Assembly: GCF_021028975.2 (NCBI RefSeq)
Contig: NC_059435.1
Span: forward strand, 2,294,001-2,358,000
Source of the DNA: Sphaerodactylus townsendi
Lineage: Eukaryota
Reading direction: 5' to 3'
Length of the DNA stretch: 64,000 nucleotides
In this document: one piece after another, positions 52,166-64,000 of the stretch
Position numbering within the stretch: the stretch's first letter is position 1
How the letters are laid out: each line of letters opens with the position of its first letter
Made by a program: the position numbers and the translations under genes
Notes under the pieces: generated by a model
The model's input: only the letters and a program-made list of their open reading frames with translations
Database searches by the model: none
Told to the model about the DNA's origin: nothing

Positions 52166-52337
52166 ACTTTGTCTCACCAAAAGACAGAAGCTCAATTGTG
52201 ACCAAATATCCCTCTTCTTGCTATGGAATGCTCCGCTGTGGGCATGGCTCTTCAGGAGCAGACCTACAAGCAGAGCATTCCACAGGAAGAAGGATATTTG
52301 GTCACAAATGAGCTTCTGTCTTTTGGTGAGACAAGGT
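52166..52337. repeat. Long imperfect palindrome (MITE-like hairpin)
   Basis: TGTCTCACCAAAAGACAGAAGCTCA.TTGTGACCAAATATCC...GGATATTTGGTCACAA.TGAGCTTCTGTCTTTTGGTGAGACA. Confidence 0.92.
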
Positions 52338-52479
52338 ATAGCCTGGTATCTTACTAGTTTTAGAACAGGCACAGCTATGTCTCAAGATTCAGTGCAACAA
52401 CTCCCACAGAAAACAGGAATTACCCATCAGGTGAAGGGGGAGGGGGAAAAAGAGACACCATGTGCATACACATAAATCT

Positions 52480-54030
52480 GCCTCTGTACCAGAGGATCAG
52501 ACAGTGACAAATGTCATATAATGTTTTAAAAAGGGGTTCAGAGGGGATCCAGGGAATTACTGAACAAACAACTTAATGCCTGTCCCAGCTGAATTAGTAG
52601 AAACTCTTGTTAAAAACAAAATTATTAAACATATCAAAGCCTGATGAGGAAAAACAGCCTTTTGGAGTTCTTTGAGCAGGTTAACAAGCATGTGAATAAA
52701 GGTCACCAGGTAGACACAATATATAATTAGACTTCCAAAAGGTTCCTGAGAAGGCACCTTACCAAAGATTCCTGAGTAAACTTAACAGTCATAGGATTAG
52801 AGGATGGGTCCTCTTTTGGATGAAGAATTGATTAAACTACAAGAAGCAGAGAGTACAAATAAACAGACAGTTCTTGCAGTGGAAAGTAATGAGGTGTTGA
52901 GTCCCGCAAGGATTAATACTGGGACCAATGCTATTTAACTTGTTCATAAATGGCTTGGAATTGGGGTGAGGTGTGCAGTGTAGTAGCCAAATTAGGAGAT
53001 GATACCAAAATATTTAGAATAGTAAAAACCAAGGTGAATTATCAAGCATTACTGGAAGAAGAAGAAATTTGGTGAGGGGGCAAATGAAGTTCAATGCTGG
53101 TAAGTATAAAGTGATGCACGCTGAAGCAAAAATTCCTATATGTTGATGGTGTCTGAACCAACTGGAAACAAGACTGAAACAGATCTCAGCTTTGTGGTGG
53201 ATGATGTCAAATCATTGTGAGGCAGCACAAAAAAGGCAAATGCATGCAAGGGACTGAAAATAAAATGGTCAATATTGTAATACCTTGCATAGATTTATGG
53301 TGTTGCCTCACTTGGAATACAAATCTGCTTTTTAAAAAAAGCATTAAATCCTAATTTCTGATCTTGACAACTCTAAATGTTTAACATGAATTTGTAACTA
53401 GTACAACAGACTTAAAGTGCAAACAAATTCGGGGTTAATCCGGTTTAAGACCTTCATTTTAAGAGATTCCAACAGAAGTGGGATCACACTGCTAAACTGT
53501 CTGCATATTTTTGTCATTGTATCTCAAAAAAAAAGTTAATGCAGAGCTAGGGAAAGGACAGAAAAGGGCACACAGGATAATTAAGAAAACCTTTCCTGTG
53601 AGAAAGTCTACAGTGAGACATTGCAGCTTTCCAAAAAAGACAAAAGGGACACCAACGTGACAGAAAGAGACCCAATTATGCACAGGGTAGAGAAAGAAGG
53701 GACTTTTTCTCCCTCTTCCATAATACTAGAACTCAAGAGCACCTAAACTGATGGTCTGTAATTTCTGTAATTCAATGAGTAAACAAACTGCAGAATTCAC
53801 TGTCAATCGACATAATGATTGCCATGAGCACAGACAAGTTTAAAACAGGATAAAACAGATGCATGCAGGAAAGGTCCATCAGTGCCAGGAGAACTAACGA
53901 GAGTCTCTGCATTCAGAGGCCTCTGAATACTTGTGCTAGGAAGCAGTAACAGGGGAAGGCCTTGGCCTCTATGTCCTCTTTGGGGCCCTTTAGGGTAACT
54001 GGCTGACCACTGGGTGAAAGAGTATGCTGT
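52480..54030 (+). mobile_element. Degenerate CR1 LINE (RT to 3'UTR)
   Basis: FKKGFRGDPGNY, LDF.K, VPQGLILGPMLFNLFIN, GDDTKIFR, PHLEY and a 3'UTR segment GGGAAGGCCTTGGCCTCTATG. Confidence 0.85.
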
Positions 54031-54109
54031 TCACATTCCTCTCAGAGAAAACTGAACATGAAAACAAAAGAGATCAATTCATATCCAAGTTAACCTATCA
54101 CAAGAGAAC

Positions 54110-57100
54110 GGTCCATTGGTTACTTACTGAGAAGGGGCCTTCTACTGGAAGGCTAGGAGGACAGCTTGATGGGTGTTTCCCAACCCGTTCTCAGGGAGGC
54201 AGGAACTTGAAGCTTGTCACTTCCTGGGAACTGCCTGGGCGCCCATCTTGATCTCCAGTAGGTGACTGCCAAAGCAGTGAGAAACTTTGCTCTGCATATA
54301 ACTAGGAAGCGATATGGTTAGAAACAGAAGAGGGATTGTGAGTCCCAGGATGTTAGTGGATGGTGTTATGGTCCTGGGTATGTGTTGGATTATGTGAGCT
54401 TGGAGCTGATGATCGGAGACTACTGCTGAACCGGGGGGGGGGGGGGGGGAAGATGTCATCCTAGCCTTCCAATAGAAGGCCCCTTCTTGGTAAGTAACCA
54501 ATGGACCATTCTACTGGAGGCGGAGGACATCTTGATGGGATCTCCCAGAGCAGTCCCCAAACAGGTGGGTCGGTCAGTCTCCAATGATGTGCTCCATCAC
54601 TCATCTACCAAATGTGGTTTCTGAGGCCACTAAGGAGTGTAGTTTGTAGTGTTTGATGAACATTGATGGTGTTGACCACGTGGCAGCGCAGCAGATGTCT
54701 GTCAGGGGTACCTGTTTCCTGAATGCTATGTTAGTGGCTGCACTGTGCGTGGAGTGCGCCATGATCCCTTGGGGAAGCAGGAGACCGCCGGCTTTATACG
54801 CCTCATTATACAGGCTTTGATGGTGCGGCTGATGGCCGCCTTTGACATTTGGTCTCCCACGTTGGGCTGTGAGATGTATGGATGGCTTCCGTTCTGATGA
54901 CGAATGCCTTGAGGGCTCTTCTGGCATCCAGGTTGTGCCATAGTCATTCAGTAGGATGCTTTGGGGTTGCAAAGAATAAGAGGATGACTATCTCATGTGC
55001 AAGGTGGTATTTGGAGCAGACTTTAGGCATGAAGGAGGGGTCCGGCCTGAGTACCACCCTGTCCTTGTGGAAGGTGCAGAATTCCGATTGAACCAATAGT
55101 GCCTGGATCTCGGAAACTCTTCCGACCGAACTGATGGCCAATAGGAACAACACCTTCATGCGTAGCCATTTTAGGTGTATGGTTTGCACCAGCTTGAAGG
55201 GTGACTTGGTTAAGGCAGAAAGAACCAAGTGTAGATTCCAGGTGGAGAATCGATGCACTGTTGGGGGCTGGAGCTGCTTGACCCCTTTTAGGAATCTGAT
55301 AACATCCGGGTGTCTTGACAGCGGTACTTCCTGTGTGTGCGGTAGGACAGTTGTGAGCGCCACCACTTGGTGTTTTAGTGTGGCGCTGCGTAGGCCCAAG
55401 TTGAAGCCCTCCTGAAGGAAGGCCAGCACCTGAGGTAAAGATGGAGTCGGTGGTTCACCGACTTCCTCCTGCACCACCAAACAAAGGCCTTCCAGGAGCA
55501 GTTGTAAATGTTGTTTGTGGATTTTCTACATCATGCTAGGAGGACCTTGGTGACCTGCTCTTAGTAGCCTTTTTCTCTCAGGATCCGCCATTCAACCGCC
55601 AGGCGGTTAGTTTGAACCATTGGGGCGATGGGTGGTGGATCAGGCCCTATGTCAGCAGGTCTGGTGGAGTGGGCAGTTGGAGGCCTCGGGACATAGCCAT
55701 CTCCAGGATGGAGGAGAACCATGGATGTCGTGGCCAGTGTGGGGCCAGGAGGATCACCATGGTTTGTTCCGCCGCTATCTTTCGCAGGACTTTGGGCAGG
55801 ATAGGTACCGGTGGGAAGGCGTAGAGGAGGGTCCTGGGCCATCAGGTCAGGAGTGCATCCACCCCTGAGGCATGGGGGTGGTGGAACCTGGATATGAAGG
55901 TTGGTAGTTGCTGGTTCTCCACGGATGCGAACAGGTCCACGGTTGGCTCGATGAGCTTGGTCATGATGAGGTGGAAGATGGATGGTTTGAGTTTCCATTC
56001 GGCCTCTGCTATAATTTGGCGGCTCAGCCAGTCAGACACGGTATTCAGTTGGCCTCTGATGTGTTCCGCTGACAGTGAGAGGAGGTGCGATTCTGCCCAG
56101 TTCAGAGTTATAATTGCTTCCCAATGCATCTAGGAAGACCTTGAGCCCCCTTGGTTGTTCAGGTACGCTTTGGTCGTGATGTTGTCTGTGCAGACAAGGA
56201 TGTGGGCCCCCTGTATCTCTTCCTGGAATTGTTGGAATGCTAGGGAGACCGCCTTGGTTTCCAGGATATTGATGGGGAGGGTTGCCTCCTCTTCCGTCCA
56301 AGTCCCCTGGATGAATTTTTCCCCCAACGTGGCTCCCCAGCTCCTGAGGCTGACGTTGGTGACCACTTGGACCCTTTTCCGGTGCAGGTACACCTTCCCC
56401 TGCGAGAGGTTGTGGTCGCAGAGTCACCAACATAGTTCTTTTTTCAGTTGTACTGTGATGGTGAGTAAACGGGTCCTGTTTTGCCATTATTTAGTATCGG
56501 AAGGGCCAAAGAAATCGTTGTAGTGGTCGTGTGTGGAGCCTCCCCCCCATTGGACCATGTTGAAGACTGAAACCATCAGACCCATCAGACTGGTTAGGAG
56601 GAGCAGCGAGACTTGCCTTTTTGTGGTGATTGAGTTTACCAGCTGTCGGATCTGCTGTCTCTTGTCCTGGCAGAGTGTTTTTGGTGGTGTCAATAATCGC
56701 CCCCAGGTGCTCCATGGTCTGTGATGGCGCAAGTGTGCTCTTTGCCAAGTGTGCTGTTGATCAGGAAGCTGTGCTTTGAAGAACCTCCCTCACCCTCTGG
56801 ATGTCCCGTATTGCTTGTTGTTCTGACTTGGATCGGATCAGTAGCGAACACGTGCATTGCCTCCCGTCGAAGTTTAGTGAGGGGGGCCAAGAGGACCTTG
56901 GAGAGAACCCTTGGGGCTGTGGCCAGCCCAAATGGGAGGGCTCGGAATTGGAATTGGTTTGACCCTACTGTGAACTTGAGATACTTCCAATGAGCCAGAT
57001 TGATGGGGATATTTAGGTAGGCTTCCGTTAGGTCCAGAGATGTTAGGAAGTCCCCTGTGATGTTAGGAAGTCTACTATTGACCGGAGGGTTTCAATGCGG

Positions 57101-60100
57101 AAACTCTGGAGCTTGGTGTGTTGGTTGATGAACCTGAGGTTGAGTATGGCTCGCTAATCCCCACTGCATTTTGCACTGTAAAGAAGTGGGAGAAAACTCC
57201 TGAGGATATCTCGTATTCTGGCACTTGTTCTATCGCTCTGATGCTGATGAGGTGTGGATTGCCTGTTGGGTCCTCTGTGCTTTGACCAGGTTGGAATTGA
57301 TCGGAAAGCTGCGAAAATGCTGGGGGGGTGGGGGGATGAACTTGTTTAGGTAGCCGGATTGAATGACGACCTGTGTCCACTGGTCAACGTGGCCATCTGC
57401 CCATTGATGCTGGTACTGTTACAGGCAGTCTCCGACTGGCATTGTTTGGCCGTCATTGCTTATGTGGCCCTCCAGGTCGAAAGGGCTTACCGTGTTTTGG
57501 ATTGGTGCAAAAGGAATTGGAGGTAGTCCCGGAAGGTCGCTGGAAACCCTGTTGTGATTGCCACCTTCTGCCATCTCTCGCCAATCTGGAGAGGGTTTTG
57601 TGTGACCTAAAGGTGGTTGTGGATCTGGCACACTGATTGGAGAATTCTGTTCTGATGTTTTTAGGCAAGGCTTTTTTCTTGTACCACGTTTCCACGAGGA
57701 TTTGGTCCAGCTCTTGACCAAAGAGGATGCCCCCCTGGAAAGACTAGGCAGCCACCAGTTGTTCTGAGGTGAGGTCTGCCTGCCACGCCTGATAGCTTTA
57801 GGGCCAGGGATCACCAGAAGGTCCTCCTCCGATGAACGGAGGAGCCTAGCAGGGCGATATGGGGAGAGGCGGTCTCGTAGGTATGCAGGTCCAAGGCCGT
57901 GAATGGCTTTGAAGGTCAAGACCAACACTTTACACATGACCCAGAACTCGATCGGCAGCCAGTACAGCTAGCACAGGACCAGAGTAATCCGGTCCCTGCT
58001 CAACGCTCCCATAAGAAGACTGGCTGCTGCGTTCTGTATCAGTTTCAATTTCCGGTTTCAAGGCTAAAGGCAAGCCCGCGTAGAGCGAGTTACAGTAGTC
58101 TAACATAGAGGTGACCATTGCATGAATCACAGTGGCTAGATCAGGACGGGAGAGGTACGGGGACAATAGCCATGCCTGCCGCAGATGGAAAAAAGCTGAC
58201 TGAGCCGTTCTGGTGACCTGGGCCTCCATTGATAGTACTGGGTCCAGAATCACCCCCAGGCTTTTGGCGGATGAGGCCAGCTGTAAAGCCTCAATATGTA
58301 CATTAGCAAGAGCCAAAGGACACTGGAACCTCTTCCCGACCCAGCCACAGGACTTCACGTGCTGTAGGATTTTAATTTCAACCCGACTCGCACTCAACCA
58401 ACCATGGCATTCCGTGCGCTGGAGAGGCTCAGAGATCAAAGACGGGCTGCCCTCCATCGTGAACATGAGCTGCATGTCATCCGCATATTGATGACACTGC
58501 AGTCCGAAACTCCAGATTAAACTTGCCAGGGGGTGCATGTAGATGTTAAAAAGCATCGGGGAGAGGATCGCTCCCTGCGTCACCCCACGAACTATGGGAT
58601 GTCGCCTGGAGTGCCCCGACACCACCTGCGGTGCAATCACCGAGAAGTAGAGGCCCACAGCCAACACAGGGCTGACCTCCGAACCCCAACACCAGCGAGG
58701 CGGTGGACCAAAAGGTCATGATCTACAACATCGAATGCTGCGGTGAGGTCTAATAACACCAACAACACCGAACCGCCTCTGTCCAAGTGAAGCTGGAGTT
58801 CGTCCATGACGGTGACCAACACCGTCTCAGTCTCATGGCCAGCGCGGAAGCTGGACTGGAAGGGATCCAATACGTTTGCATCATCCAGGAACTGCTGGAG
58901 CTGATCAGCCACTGCTCGCTCAATTACCTTATCCAGAAACAGGAGGTTCGAAACTGGGTGGTAATTGGCCGGATTCCTAGGATCTAACAACGGTCTTTTC
59001 AGGAGTGGGCAGACCACTGCCTCTTTAAGCCGACCCGGGAAAACTCCTTGCTCAAGGGAGCTGTTGACTATCTCCAAAATGTGGCTCTGTAGCTTCCCTG
59101 CCAGCTTTCACCAACCAGGAAGGGCACGGGTCAAAAGAACAATTGGTAGATTGTACAGCATCCAGCGTCCTGTCCACACCCATCGGGTCGAGTAGGCTGA
59201 AATAGTCCAGACAAGGACCCAAAGACGGCCAAGGGGCCTCTAGTTCACTCACTGTATCAATTGTAGCGAGAAGGGATTGGCGGAGGGTCAAAACCTTGTG
59301 CATGAAGTAGTCCGCAAATGCCTCACAGCTTAATGCCAATTCATTATTTTAGGACCCATAGCTGAGGTCGTAAGCGTCCGAATCACACTGAACAATTGCG
59401 CTGGGCGCGAACTAGCCATTGTGATAGTGGAAGTAAAATACATCTGCTTCGCTTCCTTCACCACACTCTCATAGGATTTCATAAACGATCAATATGAGTG
59501 TCTTGACCCCTCGTCAAGAACCCGCCGCCACACTCGCTCTAGCCATCTCAGATCCCGTTTCATCCTCCTCAGCTCCTCGGTATACCAAGGGGCTGGATTG
59601 GTACGGGTACGGAGAGGGCGTTTTGGAGCGATAGCCTCAATGGCTTCAGAGAGCCTGGTATCCCAGCTCTCTACCAGCTCATCAAGGGTACTGCCAGTGG
59701 GTGAGGTTTCCCGCAGAGAATCTTAGAACCTCTCTGGGTCCATTAGTCTCTGCGGGCGCCTACACAGTGGGGTGTATTATGTCCAGAAGCCACCTGAGCC
59801 AGACCACGGTGGCTCTAGTTACGGTGGCCGAGACTGCCAGGCTGCCAGATGATGGCTGCCAGACCTTCATGCACCCTTGTTAGTATCCGGTCTGAACGTT
59901 TGTCCATTTGGTCTTTAATATTGCCCACCCCATTCTTGGAAACCAATCGTAGTGCTACAACCGGGGCATCCACCAGAGGGGTCTGAAGCATGCAATTGAT
60001 GTAGTCAGGGATGGGGTACAGCTTCTTGAAGGAGGGGGGTATTCCTTTACTAGAGGCTAGGGTTTCCCATTCTTTCTTAATGCATCTCTGAAAGTACTCG

Positions 60101-61475
60101 AGGACAGGAAAGAACTCCCTATTTCTGTCTTTCTGTGGGAAAATGCCCTTTTTGCCTTTGGGGCAGCCTTTAATGTGTTAGAGAAGCTGAATAGGTCCTC
60201 TGCATCTGCGGGGTTTGTCAGTTCTAGGGCCGCTATGGTCTTGGTGAATGGGAAGGAGGTGCCTGCCTGGGCCAGGAGTCGAACAGATTGAGCCTGGTTT
60301 TCAGGCTGGCTCCCTCTTTGTCTGAGAAATGGTCAGAGTCCTTTTCCAATTCCCCTTCACTGACTTCCTCCTCTCCTGGAAAGGACAGGGGATCCCTCGG
60401 GCGAGGGGTAGCCCCATTCCTGGCCCTGGGGGTGGGGGAGAGGCTGGGAGGAGGGGGGAGGGCAGTCCTCACTCCTGGAGGGATGGTGCAGCTCATGGTA
60501 GGCTTGTATTTTCTCCCTCATGGTGTCCCTAAGGAACTCCACCAGCTGTCTTTGGGATTCAGAATGCAGGCTCTTGTGGCTAGATCCTCCCCTGGATTGG
60601 CCAGATGATCCCTTCCCCGCCCTTCCCCCACCTGTGCGATCTTGCCTGGTGCCTTGTTAGTCCCTCGTCTCGACCTCCTCCTCCTCTGCCGTCTCTGCAA
60701 AGTCTTCCATTGTGGAGAGCTCTGCCTCATTTCCAGTCAGGGGGCTGGCTCCACCACTCGTGTCCTCCTGGGCCTCCGGACCCTCTGTGCCTTCCAGTAG
60801 GAGGGGACTGGGTGGATGCTGATGAGGTCTGGGCGAAAGTGGCGCCAGGTGTGCCCCTGCAGGGGCTGCCGGTGTCTGCTGCTTTACTCCACGTTCCCCT
60901 GCCCTCTTCCAGAGTGTGTTCCAGCAGCCGCGGCTTTATTGAACGTGGCTCCAGTGCTCCCTGGGCAGCCAGCAGTTGTTTCCTGACCAGGTGCTGGACT
61001 TCCCCGGTTTCTTCTGGCTAGGTGCTATTTTGCTCTTCATGCCCTTACAAACCACCCATGTGCATTCTGCTAGTGAGCAGGCGAAGGCTTGCTTGTCGGG
61101 TGAAAAAGAAGCTGCCGCAATTGAGGAGCCTCGTGGCGGAAAGTTTTCCTGCCGTCTGAGGCTTGGATCGGGGGGAGGAGGGACGGTAGGGAGGAGATAA
61201 AGGAATGGAGCCGAATTGGAGGCAAGGGACAGGGGTATTAGTAAGGCTGAAGAAGGAGCGAGGGAATAAGGAAAATGTCAAGAAAAATAAAGTAAAAAAT
61301 AAAGATTCTGCAGAGCCTTGTAAAAGGAGCTGCTCTCTCTGTTGAGGCAGGAATTAAACTGGAGATCAAGATGGGCACCCAGGCAGTTCCCAGGCAGTGA
61401 CATGTTTCAAGTTCCTGCCTCCCTGAGAACGGGTTAGGAAACACCCATCAAGATGTCCTCCGCCTCCAGTAGAAC
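54110..61475 (-). mobile_element. DIRS1-type retrotransposon C (full-length layout, mutated, carries an L2 insert)
   Basis: ITRs ~54136-54260 vs ~61359-61475; ICR ~54450-54545; recombinase SVGRVSE..AHSTHS..TW..KHY; methyltransferase-like DLFAS..YAFPP; RNase H INILE..TDN; RT LDLTEAYL..LPFGL. Confidence 0.95.
57790..59760 (-). mobile_element. Internal L2 ORF2 fragment (no 5' end, no tail) within DIRS-C gag
   Basis: DPCPSWLVKA, LKEAVVCPLLKRP, HQYADD, LDYCNSLYAGLP; stops at LLVIPGPKAIR. Confidence 0.92.
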
Positions 61476-64000
61476 GGTCCATTGGTTCACTTACCATGAA
61501 GGGGCCTTCTCTTGTAGGCGATGGGGCATCTTGGTGGGTGATTCTCCACCCCATTTCAGGGAGGCAGGAAACAGAATTTCGTCACTTCCTGTCCAGGCTT
61601 GGCATCCATTTTAGCCAGTATTCGACTGACCGAGCAGTCCAAACAAGAAAGAAAGAAAAGCTTCGAGGAAAAGAACGACATCTCCAAAAACAGAGAAATA
61701 ACAACACGAATGTAACGTGAATTGTAACAAGAGAACCTGAACATACAAAACTAGTATGACACAGGAAAGGTTCCTGGAACTAACTTCTCCTAATCATAGG
61801 ACTAGATATTGGTGGAAGATTTAAAGAACATGATAGACGCTAACGACACACTGGGAGGGCCAAGATGCCCCATCAAGGCAGTGACTATACAAGGCCCCTT
61901 CCGATGCGGTGGTTGAACCAATGTGACCGTTCTCTTGCGAGCCTCAGAACGTACCTGGTGGGGCCTCCCAAAGAAGTGTCCCCAATAGGGTGGGCTGTCG
62001 TTAAGCATCTATAATGTGTTCCAGAACCCTACGTCCAAACACTGTGTCAGCTGCCCCCCATTAATTAAGTTTATAGTGCTTAACATATGAGGAGGGGGTC
62101 TACCAAATAGCAGCCTTGCATATTTGTTCTACTATGGCACTATGCCTAAACGCTGCGTTGGTGGCTGCTGACCTGATAGAGTGAGCTGTGACTCCTGATG
62201 GAACTGGAACGTTCATGGCCTTGTGTGCTTCCACAGTACAGGATTTAATATTTGCGCTAATGGAAGCTGCCGACATGGCCATGCCTAATTTAGGCGCTGC
62301 AGTGTTAATGAACAGAGTTTGTGTCTGTCTAACCGATTCAGTACGAATAATAAACGCTTTGAGAGCCCGTCTGACATCTAGGTTGTGCCATAATCGTTCT
62401 TTTGGATGGAAGGATGGAAGGACGATGGAAGGATGGAAGTACAATGTCTTGCTGTAAATGAAAATTGGATGAAGCCTTGGGTTTAAAAGTGGGATCTGTA
62501 TGGAGGATCACTTTATCATCAAGGAAGACACACAGGTTAGGGTCTATGGAGAGGGCCCTTAGTTCTGAAACCCTTCTAGCAAACGTGATGGCCACCAAGA
62601 ATAAAACTTTCATCCTGAGTCAATGTAAGCGTATGGTTTGCACGGACTTGAACAGCGATTTCGTTAGAGATGTAAGAACCATGTGTAACTTCCACCGAGG
62701 GAACCGATGGCGGGTTGGAGGTTGTGATTGTTGCACGCCTCTCAGAAACCTAAGGACATCCAGATGTTGCGAAGTTGAGAAACCTTGAAACTTATGCCAG
62801 ACTGTGGATAAGGCAGCAACCTGTCTTCTTAGGGTATTACAGCTGAGACCTGATTGGATCCATCTTCCTGCTGGAGGACCATCTGACAACAGTCTTCCAT
62901 GTATAGTTATAGCTACGTAGAGTAGCAGGACTTCTGGAAGCTAGGAGAGTATCCGTTACTGCTGCAGAGTAACCCTTGGCTGTCAGATTATGCCGCTCAA
63001 CCACCAAGCGATTAGATGAAACCATCTCGGGTCTGGATGCAACTGAGGCCCTTGATGGAGCAGGTTCGGTAAGACTAGAATTTGGAGTGGAGGGCAAATG
63101 GACAGTTCTTGTATTGCAGAAAGCCATGGTCTCCTCGGCCAATTGGGTGCTACTAGTATGATTTGAGCTTTGGTCCAAAGTAGTTTTGGTATAAGAGAAA
63201 TGGAAGGAAAGGCGTACAGAAAACCTGGAGGCCAAGGACTCACCAGGGCATCTACTGCAAGGGCTTTTGGATGAAAGTACCTTGACATGAACAGTGGTAA
63301 CTGTGTGTTTTGGGCCGTCGCAAAGAGATCGATTGATAGAAGACCGAACCGTCGCGTGATGTTCCAGGGCACCTTGATGTTCAGTGACCATTCAGCCAGA
63401 GAAACGGTCTGCCGACTCAGCCAGTCGGCTTGCAAGTTCAGGGTTCCTTGTATATGTTCTGCCCTTAGGCTCTGGAGATTGTTTTCTGCCCAGGAGATGA
63501 TCTTGGAAACCTCTCTGTACAGTCGTGAGGATCTTGATCTTCCTTGGTTGTTTACATGGGCCTTGGCTGCTATATTGTCGGCGCAGATTAGGACATGCCG
63601 ATTGGTGACAGATTTTTGGAAGAATCGAAGAGCTAACAGTATTGCTTTTACTTCTAGAACACTGATAGGCAGTCTGGACTGGTCGTCGGACTATTTGCCC
63701 TGGCTGTATCGATTTCCGAGACTAGCCCCCCAGCCCTGAAGACTTGCGTCTGTGAAGATTTGTAGCTGGGACGGATGCAGATACTGTCTGCCCTGCATGA
63801 TATTCCTTTTGCACATCCACCAACGAAGCTGAGACTTCAGGGATTGTGGAATCTGCAATCTCCTGTCTCTTTTTAGGATGATGTCCTGTGGTACGGACAG
63901 AGAAATTATTGAAGGGGGCGTGCGTGGAATCTCCCGGAAGTAAAAGGGCATTTGCGTTGGAGTCTATGATGGCTCCGAGGTGAGTCAATCGTTGAGTAGG
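61476..64000 (-). mobile_element. DIRS1-type retrotransposon D, 3' part (RNase H, methyltransferase-like, recombinase, ICR, right terminus)
   Basis: IFTDASLQGWGA, DLFAT..YAFPS, FARRVSELRAL, VTAHSIRS; ICR at ~61860-61960; runs off the right edge. Confidence 0.93.

Noticed and set aside
51854-52475. Overlapping ORFs of 172 and 205 aa
   Set aside because: Artefacts of the N gap and the palindrome.

Overview
Vertebrate genomic DNA, squamate and most likely gecko judging by its SINE families. The window lies inside the minus-strand phosphate transporter gene SLC20A2 (PiT2). The only host coding sequence is its first coding exon (18889-19431, CDS 19177-18889). I also see a strong-Kozak uORF in that exon's 5'UTR and a candidate TATA/CCAAT alternative promoter with a non-coding first exon at about 27556-27862. 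Most of the rest is nested transposable elements: three Gypsy/chromovirus pieces plus a solo LTR, four DIRS1-type tyrosine-recombinase retrotransposons plus an orphan DIRS terminus (all minus strand), a near-intact young L2 LINE, a 5'-inverted L1, RTE-X-like and CR1 fragments, tRNA- and 5S-derived SINEs, and hAT-type MITEs. The most notable structures are: (i) two different DIRS elements joined head-to-tail at a hybrid circle junction, with all DIRS insertion sites resembling that junction; (ii) a conserved 5' splice-site motif at DIRS 3' ends, deleted in the one copy lying downstream of the coding exon; (iii) a four-level insertion stack; (iv) serial templated duplications at the 5' junctions of two copies of one L2 family. 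Family names come from motif recognition and recall, not database searches. Boundaries of old fragments are approximate.
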